DNA of 64,000 nucleotides, taken from IMG/VR virus record IMGVR_UViG_3300046810_000166, positions 1-64,000 of that record. One strand, written 5' to 3'. Shown one piece after another: positions 43,953 to 53,446 of this stretch. Every line of letters starts with the position of its first letter. The stretch's first letter is position 1. The notes under the pieces are model-generated. The model was not told the origin of the DNA and did not search any database. It saw only the letters and a list, made by a program, of their open reading frames with translations. The position numbers and the translations under genes are program-made. The stretch is from a virus.

Positions 43953-44770
43953 ACCGAGTTGTGACCATCCGCGCCTCGTCTTGGGGCGCTTTGTTTGACT
44001 GCGCCTACAAGTGGGAAGGCGAGCACCTGCTGGGCATGCGCCGGCCGTCCGGCCTGCGCGCATCGCTCGGCACCGCGATCCACGCCGGCACCGCCGCCTT
44101 CGACCAAGCCCGCATCGACGGCAAACCAATCCGCATTGACGACGCCGGCGAGTACTTCGTGGACGCGCTACTGAACCCGACCGACGAGGTCGACTACAAG
44201 AGCGACACCACGATCACCCTGAGCGAAGCGGAAACCATCGGCCTCGCGCTGGTGGCCAAGTACTGCCATGAGATCAGCCCGCGCTTCACGTTCACCTCGG
44301 TGGAAATGAAGCTGGAGCCGTACGAGATCGACTGCGGCAACGGCATCACGATCCGCCTGACCGGCTCCATGGACCGCGCCCGCACCGCCTACGCTGGCCA
44401 GATGCTGCCGGGCGGCCTCGAAGTCATCCCCGACATCAAGACCGGCGCCCGCATCATCGAGAACGGCGAGGTGGCCTTGAAGGGCAAGGGCGCGCAGCTG
44501 GGCGCCTACCAGCTGATGCACGAAAACACCACCGGGCGCCTGACCGGCGGCGGCCAGATCATCGGCCTGCAGACCACCAAGCAGGCCATCGTCGCCGTGT
44601 CGCGCCTTGTCGACGGCAAGCGTGTGATGATCGGCACCGAGAACGAAAAAGGCTTGATCGAAATGGCGGCGATCATGCTGCAATCCGGGTTCTTCCCGCC
44701 TAACCCCCAATCCCAGCTGTGCAGCGAGAAGTTCTGCGCCCGCTGGTCCACCTGCATTTACCACGACTAG
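43949..44770 (+). CDS. PD-(D/E)XK RecB-like exonuclease
   Basis: RASS...C, GTAIHA, GSMDR, DIKTG, QLGAY, LCS.K.C..W..C. Confidence 0.88.
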   Translation: MNRVVTIRASSWGALFDCAYKWEGEHLLGMRRPSGLRASLGTAIHAGTAAFDQARIDGKPIRIDDAGEYFVDALLNPTDEVDYKSDTTITLSEAETIGLALVAKYCHEISPRFTFTSVEMKLEPYEIDCGNGITIRLTGSMDRARTAYAGQMLPGGLEVIPDIKTGARIIENGEVALKGKGAQLGAYQLMHENTTGRLTGGGQIIGLQTTKQAIVAVSRLVDGKRVMIGTENEKGLIEMAAIMLQSGFFPPNPQSQLCSEKFCARWSTCIYHD

Positions 44771-44781
44771 GAGATCCACCC

Positions 44782-45990
44782 ATGACCACCAACCTCGCAG
44801 CCCTGAAATCCCAGCAAGGCGCCGTCACCGATATGTCCAAGATGAAGCCGAAGGAGCAGATCGCCCACCTGCTGACCACCAAGCGCGCCGAAATCGAGAA
44901 GATGCTGCCGAAGCACCTGAACGCCGAGCGCCTGCTGAAAGTGGCGCAGATCGCCGCCACCACCACCCCGGCCCTGCTCAAGTGCGACGTGCCCAGCCTG
45001 ATCGGCGCGATCGGCCAGTGCGCGCAGATGGGTCTGGAGCCGAACACGGTGCTGGGCCACGCCTACCTCGTCCCGTTCAAGGTCAAGCGCAAGCGCGATC
45101 TTGGCAACGGCCGCTCGGCCGATGAGTGGGTCGACTCGGTGCAGGTGGTGGTCGGCTACAAGGGCCTGATCGACCTCGCCCGCCGCTCGGGCCAGATCAT
45201 CAGCCTGACCGCGCACGAAGTCTGCAAAGACGACCACTTCGAGCTGGTGTATGGCCTCGATGAAAAGCTGAACCACAAGCCCCGCATGGACGGCCCGCGC
45301 GGCGAGATCATCGGCTTCTACGCGATCGCCAAGTTCAAGGATGGCGGCCACGCCTTCGAGTTCATGAGCCGCTATCAGGTCGAGCAGATCATGGAAGGCA
45401 CGCAGTCCAAGGGCAAATACGGTCCATGGAAGGACCACTTCCCCGAAATGGGCCGCAAGACCGTGATCCGCCGCTTGGCCAAGTACCTGCCGCTGTCGAT
45501 CGAGTTCCAGACCGCCGTGGCGCTGGACGATGCCGCCAGCAGCGACCGCGACCAGAAGCTGGACAACAACGTGTTGGACGGCGACTTCTCGTTCGTCAAC
45601 GACGCCGACGCGAGCGCCGATGGCGCCATGCTGGGCGCGCCGGAAGGCCCGGATGACGCCGCCTTCGAGGCGCAGGTGCGCGAGGTCGAGCAGGCCGCCG
45701 GCGCCACCGCAGCCGCTCCGGCCACCACCCAGCAGGCCACGCAGCACATGGACGAGCGCAGCCCGGCAGACAAGCTCAAGCACCGCCTGTCGACCCTGAC
45801 CGACCCCGACATGCTCGATATCGAGGCCGACCTGATCAACGATGTCACCGATGATCCGGGCGTGCGCGCCGACCTGCGCAACACCTACAACGCGCGCCGC
45901 GCAGCCCTGACCGAAGCCCAGCAGTCCACCCAGCAGCAGGCCCCGGCAGCACGCCCGGCCCGCCAGCGCGGCGGCATGCAAGTCGAATAA
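44782..45990 (+). CDS. recT: RecT single-strand annealing protein
   Basis: GLEP...GHAYLVPF, GYKGLIDLARRSG, PW..HF.EM.RKTVIRRL.KYLP. Confidence 0.93.
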   Translation: MTTNLAALKSQQGAVTDMSKMKPKEQIAHLLTTKRAEIEKMLPKHLNAERLLKVAQIAATTTPALLKCDVPSLIGAIGQCAQMGLEPNTVLGHAYLVPFKVKRKRDLGNGRSADEWVDSVQVVVGYKGLIDLARRSGQIISLTAHEVCKDDHFELVYGLDEKLNHKPRMDGPRGEIIGFYAIAKFKDGGHAFEFMSRYQVEQIMEGTQSKGKYGPWKDHFPEMGRKTVIRRLAKYLPLSIEFQTAVALDDAASSDRDQKLDNNVLDGDFSFVNDADASADGAMLGAPEGPDDAAFEAQVREVEQAAGATAAAPATTQQATQHMDERSPADKLKHRLSTLTDPDMLDIEADLINDVTDDPGVRADLRNTYNARRAALTEAQQSTQQQAPAARPARQRGGMQVE

Positions 45991-46052
45991 GCATCACTGG
46001 AAGGGCGGCGGAAATGCCGCCCCACTTAATACCCTTTTAATTGGAAAATAAT

Positions 46053-47843
46053 ATGAAGATCACTCAAATCCGCGTCCGCAACGTCCTCGGCGCCCGCGAC
46101 ATCAGCGTCCAGACCGGCCCGGTGAATCTGTTCTGCGGCCTCAATGGCCAAGGCAAGAGCTCGATTCAGGAAGCCGTGCGCCTTGCCCTGCAGGGGGAAA
46201 CCGTGCGCGTCGGCCTCAAGAAGGACTACCCGCTGATGGTGACCGATGGCGCCAAGGAAGGCTTCGTCAAGCTGACGGCCGATGGCGCGGGCTATGAGTA
46301 CCGCCTGCCGGCCGGTGAGCACATCACCCCGGACGGCTGGACCGAAAACCTGCAGGTCAAGTGCGTGCTGGACGCCCAGCGCTTCACCGCCATGAGCGCC
46401 GACGATCGCCGCGCGTTCCTGACCATCCTGACCAAGGCCAAGCCGAACAAGGAGAAGATCAAGGAGCTGATGCTGGAAGCCGGTATCGATGAGCACCGCA
46501 TTGAACTGGCCATCCCGATGCTCACGTCCGGCTTCCCGGCCGCCTGCGAGATCGCCAAGCAGAAGGCCACGCAAGCCAAGGGCGCATGGAAGGAAGTGGC
46601 CGGCGGCGTGTGGGGCGCCAAGAAAGGCGAGGAGTGGACCGCGCCGGAAGTCGAGGCCCCGGCACAGGCCGATATCGATCTGGCCGCCAGCACCGTGGCC
46701 CAGCTCGAACAGGACCATGAGCAGCTGCAGCAGGCCCTCGGCGTCGCGATCGAGAAGGTCAACGCCAGCAGCCAGCAAAGCGCCAAGATCGAGGCCGCCA
46801 AGGCCAACGCCGCCAAGCTGCCGCGCCTGCGCGAGAAGCTGACGCGCGACGAGGAGGATCTGGCCGGCTACGAGGTCGAACTGGAGAAGCTGCAGAATCT
46901 GGCCGGCACCGCGCCGCGCGAGGGCATGGTGCACGACATGGCGCGCTTCATCGACCGCGTGGTGCCCGAGGTGTCGGCCCTGTCGAAAGAGCAGGCCGCC
47001 GCGATCGCCACCGAGCAGGCCAAGCTGCTGGCCGCCTACACCCGCGAGTTCGGCCCGATCGGCGCCGCCGGCGACCCGGAAGCGCTGGCCAAGATCCCGG
47101 CGATCCAGAAAAGCGTCGATCTGATGCGCACCTGCGTGGCCAACGACAAGCGCGACATCGCCGCCGCCGAGCAGGCCGAGGCCAATCTGGCGGTGCTGGG
47201 CGGGCTGGAGGAAGTGGCCGGCAACCTGATCGAGGATGCCAAGCGGGACGTGGCCGAGGCCAAGCGCCAGCTGGACGAGGCGCGCGCCGACCACGCCGGC
47301 CTGCTGGAGCTGCAGAAGGCCGCCACCGAACGCGACGCCAAGACCGCCAAGGCCAAGACCCACCACCTCGATGTGGTCGGCTGGCTGGCCGTGGCCGAGC
47401 AGTTCGCCCCGGATGGTCTGCCGAGCCAGATCCTGTCCAAGGCCCTGCAGCCGATCAACAACCTGCTGCGCGAGTACGCCACCAGCACCGAATGGTTCCA
47501 AGTGTCGATCCGCCCGGACATGGAGATCCTTGCCAACAACCGCCCGCTGACCCTGCTGTCGGAATCGGAGACTTGGCTGGTGAACGCGCACATCGCCGCC
47601 GCGATCGCCGAACTGTCGGGCATCAAGATGCTGGTGCTGGACCGCTTCGACGTGCTCGACGTGACCCACCGCGCGCCGCTGCTGTACTGGCTCGATGACA
47701 TGGCCTACACCGACCGCATCGACACCGCGCTGGTGTTCGGCACCCTCAAGGAAGCGCCGAAGGGCCTGCCCGACATGATCCGCAGCTTCTGGATCGAGGC
47801 CGGCGAGCTGGCTGGCGAGCAGTCGATCGCCAAGGCGGCATAA
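46053..47843 (+). CDS. SbcC/SMC-like coiled-coil ABC ATPase
   Basis: GLNGQGKSS, long coiled coil, LSESE signature, LVLDRFD. Confidence 0.88.
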   Translation: MKITQIRVRNVLGARDISVQTGPVNLFCGLNGQGKSSIQEAVRLALQGETVRVGLKKDYPLMVTDGAKEGFVKLTADGAGYEYRLPAGEHITPDGWTENLQVKCVLDAQRFTAMSADDRRAFLTILTKAKPNKEKIKELMLEAGIDEHRIELAIPMLTSGFPAACEIAKQKATQAKGAWKEVAGGVWGAKKGEEWTAPEVEAPAQADIDLAASTVAQLEQDHEQLQQALGVAIEKVNASSQQSAKIEAAKANAAKLPRLREKLTRDEEDLAGYEVELEKLQNLAGTAPREGMVHDMARFIDRVVPEVSALSKEQAAAIATEQAKLLAAYTREFGPIGAAGDPEALAKIPAIQKSVDLMRTCVANDKRDIAAAEQAEANLAVLGGLEEVAGNLIEDAKRDVAEAKRQLDEARADHAGLLELQKAATERDAKTAKAKTHHLDVVGWLAVAEQFAPDGLPSQILSKALQPINNLLREYATSTEWFQVSIRPDMEILANNRPLTLLSESETWLVNAHIAAAIAELSGIKMLVLDRFDVLDVTHRAPLLYWLDDMAYTDRIDTALVFGTLKEAPKGLPDMIRSFWIEAGELAGEQSIAKAA

Positions 47844-47909
47844 GCCCCACGCGGCCGGTTCGCCGGCCGCATCTTCCCCTGTATTTCATAGCAAGTTCAT
47901 ACGAATATC

Positions 47910-48299
47910 ATGCCAAATTACACCCGCCGCCCGTTCACCCCGACGCGCTTGGCCCTGCAGACCTCGCTGTCGGCGCGCCGCGTGAGCGACACCATCAAGC
48001 TGGCCGCCCGCCTGCAGGAAGATCCCGACCGCGAGAAGCGCCTGCAGCAGCAGCTGTGCATCGCCTGCCACTACTTCCACCGCATCGCCGGGCAAGCCTT
48101 CACCGACCAGCCGTGCGCCTGCTGCGCCAAGCCCCAGCGGTTCAGCAGCACCGCGACCGATGACCTCTGCCAGCCCTGCGCCGAGAAGAACAAGCTGTGC
48201 AAGCGCTGCTCGGGCGACATCGACATGCGCACCGGCCGCCGCACGTGGCCAGATGGCCCCACCGCCCCGAACGAGGTGCCCGCATGCCCCGCAGCCTGA
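47910..48299 (+). CDS. Cys-rich protein
   Basis: Four CxxC/CxxxC clusters. Confidence 0.7.
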   Translation: MPNYTRRPFTPTRLALQTSLSARRVSDTIKLAARLQEDPDREKRLQQQLCIACHYFHRIAGQAFTDQPCACCAKPQRFSSTATDDLCQPCAEKNKLCKRCSGDIDMRTGRRTWPDGPTAPNEVPACPAA

Positions 48300-48595
48300 A
48301 TCGTTGCACCTTCATCGGCCGCCTCGCCAACAACCCGACGCCGGGCACCGCGCCGGATGGCGTGGCCGCCACCACGATGTTCATCCTTGCAGTGCCGGAC
48401 TCTGACACGCAATCGACCCTGATCCCGGTCACCGCGATCGGCCGCGTGGCGGACGTGTGCAACCGCATCCTGCGCGAGGACACCGAGGTTTATATCGAGG
48501 GCAAATACCACACGCGCCGCTCGCAGATCGGCGACGTGCTCACCATCATCACCGAGGTGCAGCTGGAAAACATGCAGCTCCTCGGCAAGAAATAA
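48284..48595 (+). CDS. ssb: Single-stranded DNA-binding protein without an acidic tail
   Basis: SLNRC..IGRL, VYIEGK..TR, TEV....MQLLG. Confidence 0.85.
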   Translation: MPRSLNRCTFIGRLANNPTPGTAPDGVAATTMFILAVPDSDTQSTLIPVTAIGRVADVCNRILREDTEVYIEGKYHTRRSQIGDVLTIITEVQLENMQLLGKK

Positions 48596-48614
48596 CGTTA
48601 CGCATCACGGAAAT

Positions 48615-49211
48615 ATGGGCAAGAAATCACGCATGAAAGCCGAGCGCCGCACCAACGGCCCGGAAGCAAAGAAACCCTCGATCGGCCAGATCATGAAGGC
48701 CGCCGAGGACGCCCGCATCATGGGCATCTACCACGAACTGCAGGACGCCATCGCGCACAAGCGCAAGGTCGAACTGAATGACGAGCTGTTTTCGCACCCC
48801 GAGAACGCCCACCGGATCGACAAGACGTTCCAGCCGCTGGAGGTCTGGCTGGACGAGCAGGTGCGCACTGGTGAGGCCGACGCGCTGCCGGATGGCACCG
48901 TGATCATCCAGCCGGACGGCGAACAGGGCGCCTACTACCCGGTGCATGAAGCGTTCCTTGCCATGGCCGAAACCTATGAACTGATCGCCTCCGACCGCAA
49001 GATCCCCGACCAGACCGATGGCGTGCGCAAGCTGGGCAATCGCCTGAAAGCCCATATGCCGATCGACCTGCCGGCCGTCACCGCCGCGCGCGAGTCGCTT
49101 AACTGGATGAGGTCGGTTACTATGCAGCTTTCGCCGAACACTTATCACCCCTATCTTGAGCTTATTTCCATGCGGGATGATTTGCGCAAATGGGGCCTGA
49201 TCGCGGAATAG
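48615..49211 (+). CDS. Hypothetical protein
   Basis: Last gene of the operon, coding-like bias. Confidence 0.75.
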   Translation: MGKKSRMKAERRTNGPEAKKPSIGQIMKAAEDARIMGIYHELQDAIAHKRKVELNDELFSHPENAHRIDKTFQPLEVWLDEQVRTGEADALPDGTVIIQPDGEQGAYYPVHEAFLAMAETYELIASDRKIPDQTDGVRKLGNRLKAHMPIDLPAVTAARESLNWMRSVTMQLSPNTYHPYLELISMRDDLRKWGLIAE

Positions 49212-49333
49212 GTGGTGATTTTCAGAAAGATATATTCCCGCTGGATAGTTTTCAGGCTAGAATCCCCCGGTACTCATGTGTAAGAACTTGCCGACAGAGG
49301 CTGTTATGAAATAAGCAATAATACAGGCAATAA

Positions 49334-49363
49334 AAAAGCCAGCGGTTCCAGCCGCTGGCTTTT
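49334..49363. terminator. Bidirectional terminator/attenuator hairpin in the rep leader
   Basis: AAAAGCCAGCGG-6 nt-CCGCTGGCTTTT. Confidence 0.75.
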
Positions 49364-49480
49364 GTATTCCGTCGCTAGGCAGCAACATCGAATCACTAGA
49401 CAGGCTCGATGTTATGTGTATGTGACGGACGTGTCAACTCCTGCGCGCTTTATTTTTGATGCGCGCTTTAAGGTGTCGCT

Positions 49481-50524
49481 TTGACAACACATATCCCGTC
49501 ATTATCAGAACTGATCGAGCCATACCAGCACTACCCGAAGGCCATCCAGAAGGCCCTGCTGCTGGTCGAATCGCATCCCTCCCTCACCCTCGTCCTGACC
49601 CGGTCCTATCGCCGCGTGCTGCGCATTCTCGTCAGCCGCGTGCCCAAGGCCAACGGCTGCGCCCCGATCGAGCAGGTGGCCGCTGACTGGCTGGCCAAGA
49701 TGGCCGAGGTCAGCACCAAGACCGTCGAACGTGCGCTCAAGGCCCTGACCCAGCTCGGCCTGATCAAGGTGGGCGACCGCCGCGATGACACCGGCCTGTT
49801 CGTGCGCCCGACCTACCAGCTCACCCCGGAACTGGCCAACCTGCTGCAGCTACCGGCAAAAAGTTTCTCGCGCCATAAGACAATTCTGTCTGATGACCTA
49901 ATAGTAGAACTGGACTTTAAGAAAGATCACCCGGAGATTCATGAGAAAAAACCGGAAACCAGAAAACCCATCGAGCTGCCGCCTGATCTGGCCGAAGCCG
50001 GCGAACAGCTGGAAATCAGCCCCAAGGGCATCGCTGCGCTGCGTGGCGAAGCATGCCGCGCTGGCTACAACTTGGCTCACATCGTGGCCTGCGCACGTCA
50101 GCACATGCTCAAGGTCGGCGCCAAGGGAAACCGCGCCTACCGCTACCTGCAGACCATGATCGCCAAGCCCGAGGTCGACTATGCCGGCAGGGCCGCGCAG
50201 GAGGGCCGTGAGGCCGAGCAGCGCGATTACGAGCACCGCGCCATCACCGCAGCCAAGAAACTCGCTGGACGGGCCTACGCGGGCCATGACGGCCTCACCT
50301 ACCGCTTCCTGAGCGATGGCCGGGTAGAGCAGCTGGACGGCGGCCTGATGCTCGGCTACGTGTCGGTCGACCAGATCGAACAGCTGGTGGACCGCATCGG
50401 CATGGGCATGGGCATGACCGAGGGCGCGATCGTGCCGCCGCCAGCGCCGCCAGTACCGGCCGCCAGCGCCAAGCAGCATCTGGCCTCGATGTTGAGCATG
50501 CTCAAGCTGCGCCGCCCTATCTGA
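49481..50524 (+). CDS. Plasmid-type replication initiator (wHTH)
   Basis: LAKMAEVSTKTVERAL..L...GLI, AYRYL..MI....DY; resembles Burkholderiales plasmid Rep proteins; TTG start. Confidence 0.7.
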   Translation: MTTHIPSLSELIEPYQHYPKAIQKALLLVESHPSLTLVLTRSYRRVLRILVSRVPKANGCAPIEQVAADWLAKMAEVSTKTVERALKALTQLGLIKVGDRRDDTGLFVRPTYQLTPELANLLQLPAKSFSRHKTILSDDLIVELDFKKDHPEIHEKKPETRKPIELPPDLAEAGEQLEISPKGIAALRGEACRAGYNLAHIVACARQHMLKVGAKGNRAYRYLQTMIAKPEVDYAGRAAQEGREAEQRDYEHRAITAAKKLAGRAYAGHDGLTYRFLSDGRVEQLDGGLMLGYVSVDQIEQLVDRIGMGMGMTEGAIVPPPAPPVPAASAKQHLASMLSMLKLRRPI

Positions 50525-50587
50525 ACACATAGGGCGCAAGCTTTCCGGTGATAATCAAGGCATAATGCCGTTTTTACCGGAGGATGC

Positions 50588-50831
50588 CATGCCCGAACGA
50601 ATCTTGCGCTGGGAGAGCCCGCAATCGCAACGCTACTACGCCGCCCGCGTCCAGCAGGATCTGCTGGGCGACTGGATTCTGGCCTGCGCATGGGGCGGCC
50701 TGCACAACGGGAACGGCAATATGCAATCGCTGCCGATCCCCGACAAGAAGATGGCCGACGCCTTTGTGCAGGCCGTGCACGACAGACGGGTCAAGCACCA
50801 CTACCAGCTGGTCAGCGATCGCACCGTCTAG
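50588..50831 (+). CDS. WGR-domain protein
   Basis: RYY...QDLLGDW.L..AWGG...R..H.Y. Confidence 0.82.
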
Positions 50832-50860
50832 GGAATTTGCCAAGGGTAATGAAAAAGTCC

Positions 50861-50889
50861 TTGCAACACTAACGCATTGCGTATATAGT
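50861..50889 (+). promoter_or_regulatory. Sigma70 promoter with operator
   Basis: TTGCAA-17 nt-TATAGT; TAACGCATTGCG at 50870-50881. Confidence 0.85.
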
Positions 50890-50914
50890 CCTCCCATCGA
50901 CAACGGAGGACTAC

Positions 50915-51187
50915 ATGAACACCATCACCGCTGCAACCCTGATCGAAGCCACCGCCCTGCTGCTGGAAGTCGCCAGCGGCGAAGCCGAAACCTGCGCGCG
51001 CAAGCCGCTGGTCCGCATCGGCAGCCTGCTGCGCAAGGCCGCTGAGCAGGGCACCGAGAGCATGGCCAAGCTGGCCACCGCCGGCCAATTCATGATCGAC
51101 TACGCCCAAGGCCTCGCATTGTTCGGCGACGCCAACAAGGCCATGGCCGACATCGCCGAATTCGCCGCCGGCGTGGCTGTAGCGTGA
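50915..51187 (+). CDS. Hypothetical protein
   Basis: GGAGGA RBS. Confidence 0.75.
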   Translation: MNTITAATLIEATALLLEVASGEAETCARKPLVRIGSLLRKAAEQGTESMAKLATAGQFMIDYAQGLALFGDANKAMADIAEFAAGVAVA

Positions 51188-51816
51188 GCGGGGCGGCCGT
51201 GGAAACGATCAAGCCCACTATCCCGGTCGCGGTCATCGCGACCGAGCACGCCGAGGCGCTGGCGTGGATCATCGCCAACGATGGCAAGAGCACCTTTGCC
51301 ACCAGCCTGCACACCCGCCTCAAGTCGCTCAAGAACCTGACCGATGGCCAGCTGGGCGCGGTCCAGAAAATCCTGACCAAGGGCGCTGCCCCGGCGCCAG
51401 TGCCGGCCGAGGTGAGTGCCAGCGGCATGGCCGCCGTGCAGACTGCGTTCGACTCGGCGATCGGCTCGGGCATCAAGCGACCCAAGCTGCGCCTTGCCAC
51501 CTTCCTGCTCTCCCCGGCGAAAGCTGGCGGGAACAACACCGGCGCAATCTATGCGAATGACGCCGAGCAGCTGGACGCCGACCACAAGCCGCTCTATCTC
51601 GGCAAGATCATGGCGGGAAAGTTCATCGCCTCGAAGGCTTGCATGCCCGACCGTCGCGAGGCACTGCTGGAAGCCTGCGCCGACCCGCTCAAGGAGGCGA
51701 TCGCCTACGGGCGCCGCACCGGCTCCTGCGCGTGCTGCGGCCGTGAGCTGACCGATTCCGCGTCGATCGAGCAGGGCATCGGCCCCATCTGCCTGAGCAA
51801 GTGGTTCGGCGGCTGA
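51184..51816 (+). CDS. DUF6011-domain protein
   Basis: YGRRTG.CACCGRELTD..SI..GIGPIC. Confidence 0.85.
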   Translation: MSGAAVETIKPTIPVAVIATEHAEALAWIIANDGKSTFATSLHTRLKSLKNLTDGQLGAVQKILTKGAAPAPVPAEVSASGMAAVQTAFDSAIGSGIKRPKLRLATFLLSPAKAGGNNTGAIYANDAEQLDADHKPLYLGKIMAGKFIASKACMPDRREALLEACADPLKEAIAYGRRTGSCACCGRELTDSASIEQGIGPICLSKWFGG

Positions 51817-51853
51817 AAATAATATTAAAACAACGTGAATTTCATAGGAAACC

Positions 51854-52078
51854 ATGGCATCCATGACCTTTAAGCCGCGCTTCAACATCGAGCTCGACAG
51901 CCCCGAAATGCGCCTCGTCATCCTCGCCCTGACCGGCCGGATCGACTTCAAGCACGAAAACGGGAAGGATCAGGCCGCAGCGATCGAGCTGGGCAACCAG
52001 CTGTTCCAGATGCGCGCCCATGAAACCAGCCACTGCGCCAAGGTTCACCAGCAGAAGCCCGAGGCCCCGGCCCCATGA
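51854..52078 (+). CDS. Hypothetical protein
   Basis: AGGA RBS. Confidence 0.65.
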   Translation: MASMTFKPRFNIELDSPEMRLVILALTGRIDFKHENGKDQAAAIELGNQLFQMRAHETSHCAKVHQQKPEAPAP

Positions 52079-52563
52079 ATAACCTGACCCACTTGTCGGC
52101 CGCCATGTCGCTGTCGGGCACCGTGCCCGGCACCGGCACGTGCTTTCACCGCTCCGCTGCCCTGATGCTGGATCTGCCGGCCGATGCCGTCATGGTGTTT
52201 GGCGTGCTCCGGGCGGCGACGCCCGAGGAGATCGAAAAGATGCCGAACGCCTCCCCGGTGCCCTTCATCCACTCATGGGTCGAGTTCCGGGGCATGCTGC
52301 TGGCGCCCACCACCATGGAACGCACCGGCGGCGAGCTGCGGCCCATGCCACTGGAAGACTACTACACCGTCAACGCCATCACCCGCACGTGGCGCCTGAC
52401 ATCGACGCCATTCCAGCAGGTGGCGCGCCGCTTCAAGCTGTCGGCCGCGTTCAAGCACGGCTCCGCGCGGGCCGGCAAGGGCGAGATCATCGACGCCCTG
52501 CTGCAGGCCGCCGGCGTGCGCTACAAGCTGAGCGAGCGCCGCACCGTGCTGCCAGTCGATTAA
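52075..52563 (+). CDS. Hypothetical protein (possible Cys-His thiol-protease-like fold)
   Basis: GTCF...HSWVE. Confidence 0.65.
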   Translation: MNNLTHLSAAMSLSGTVPGTGTCFHRSAALMLDLPADAVMVFGVLRAATPEEIEKMPNASPVPFIHSWVEFRGMLLAPTTMERTGGELRPMPLEDYYTVNAITRTWRLTSTPFQQVARRFKLSAAFKHGSARAGKGEIIDALLQAAGVRYKLSERRTVLPVD

Positions 52564-52591
52564 ATTCACATGAAAATCATGTGAAAATCAC

Positions 52592-52620
52592 TTGCACAGC
52601 TAACGCATTGCGTATATTAT
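52592..52620 (+). promoter_or_regulatory. Sigma70 promoter with operator
   Basis: TTGCAC-17 nt-TATTAT; TAACGCATTGCG at 52601-52612. Confidence 0.85.
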
Positions 52621-52656
52621 CCCTTCATCGCAACCAACTTTGAAGGGATCACCACC

Positions 52657-53400
52657 ATGGCCGCCACCCACACCGGACACTGCCAAATCTGCGGACGACA
52701 GCACAAGGTCACCGGCACCCGCATCGCCAAGCACGGCTTCACCATCCGCTTCGGCTGGCAGGAAGGTGCCTGCTTCGGCTCGGGCGGCAAGCCGTACGAG
52801 CTGTCCAACGACCTGCTGCTGCGTGCGATCGAGTCGGCCAAGCGCTACATCGCCGACACGAACGTCAAGATCCGGGGCGTCAAGGCGCGCCCGGTGGACG
52901 AGGAAGGCTATGTCAAGGCGCGCGTGGCCGAGCAGCGCTACAGCCCGGACACCTACTATACCGAGGTCAAGATCACCGAGGTGGACGGCAAGATCGAGGC
53001 CCGCACCCGCAGCGACCGCCGCGTGTTCCTGCAGGACGCGCCGCGCCACAAGGAGGAGCTGGCCAAGGTCATCGAGATCGTGAGCGGCAAATATGTGGCC
53101 TACCTGCAGCACACCGTCAAGGAAACCCAAGCCGCGATCCCGCACATGCAGGAGCGTCATGACAGCTGGAAGTTGGCCGAACTGACCCCGATCAGCGCCG
53201 AGGAAGCCGCCGCCAGCGCGCCCAAGGTCCACTATCAGGTCAAGCGCTACGGCTACACCACGACCGCCTGCAGCGCCTCGGCGACGGCCTCCCAGCGCAA
53301 CGCCTCGCGCATCAAGACAACCGACGCCAGCAAGGTGACCTGCGCCGCCTGCGCCAAGGAAGCGGCGCGCCTCGCGGCGAAGGCGGCCGCCGCAACTTAA
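52657..53400 (+). CDS. Zn-binding hypothetical protein
   Basis: THTGHCQICGR..IAKHG...C.GS; C-terminal VTCAAC. Confidence 0.8.
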   Translation: MAATHTGHCQICGRQHKVTGTRIAKHGFTIRFGWQEGACFGSGGKPYELSNDLLLRAIESAKRYIADTNVKIRGVKARPVDEEGYVKARVAEQRYSPDTYYTEVKITEVDGKIEARTRSDRRVFLQDAPRHKEELAKVIEIVSGKYVAYLQHTVKETQAAIPHMQERHDSWKLAELTPISAEEAAASAPKVHYQVKRYGYTTTACSASATASQRNASRIKTTDASKVTCAACAKEAARLAAKAAAAT

Positions 53401-53446
53401 TCGGAATTTACGAGGAAAATCAGATGAAGCCCGCCGTGCGCGGGCT

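Noticed and set aside
43949-44770. Cas4 call
   Set aside because: It is a RecB-like nuclease coupled to recT, i.e. a phage recombination exonuclease, with no CRISPR context.
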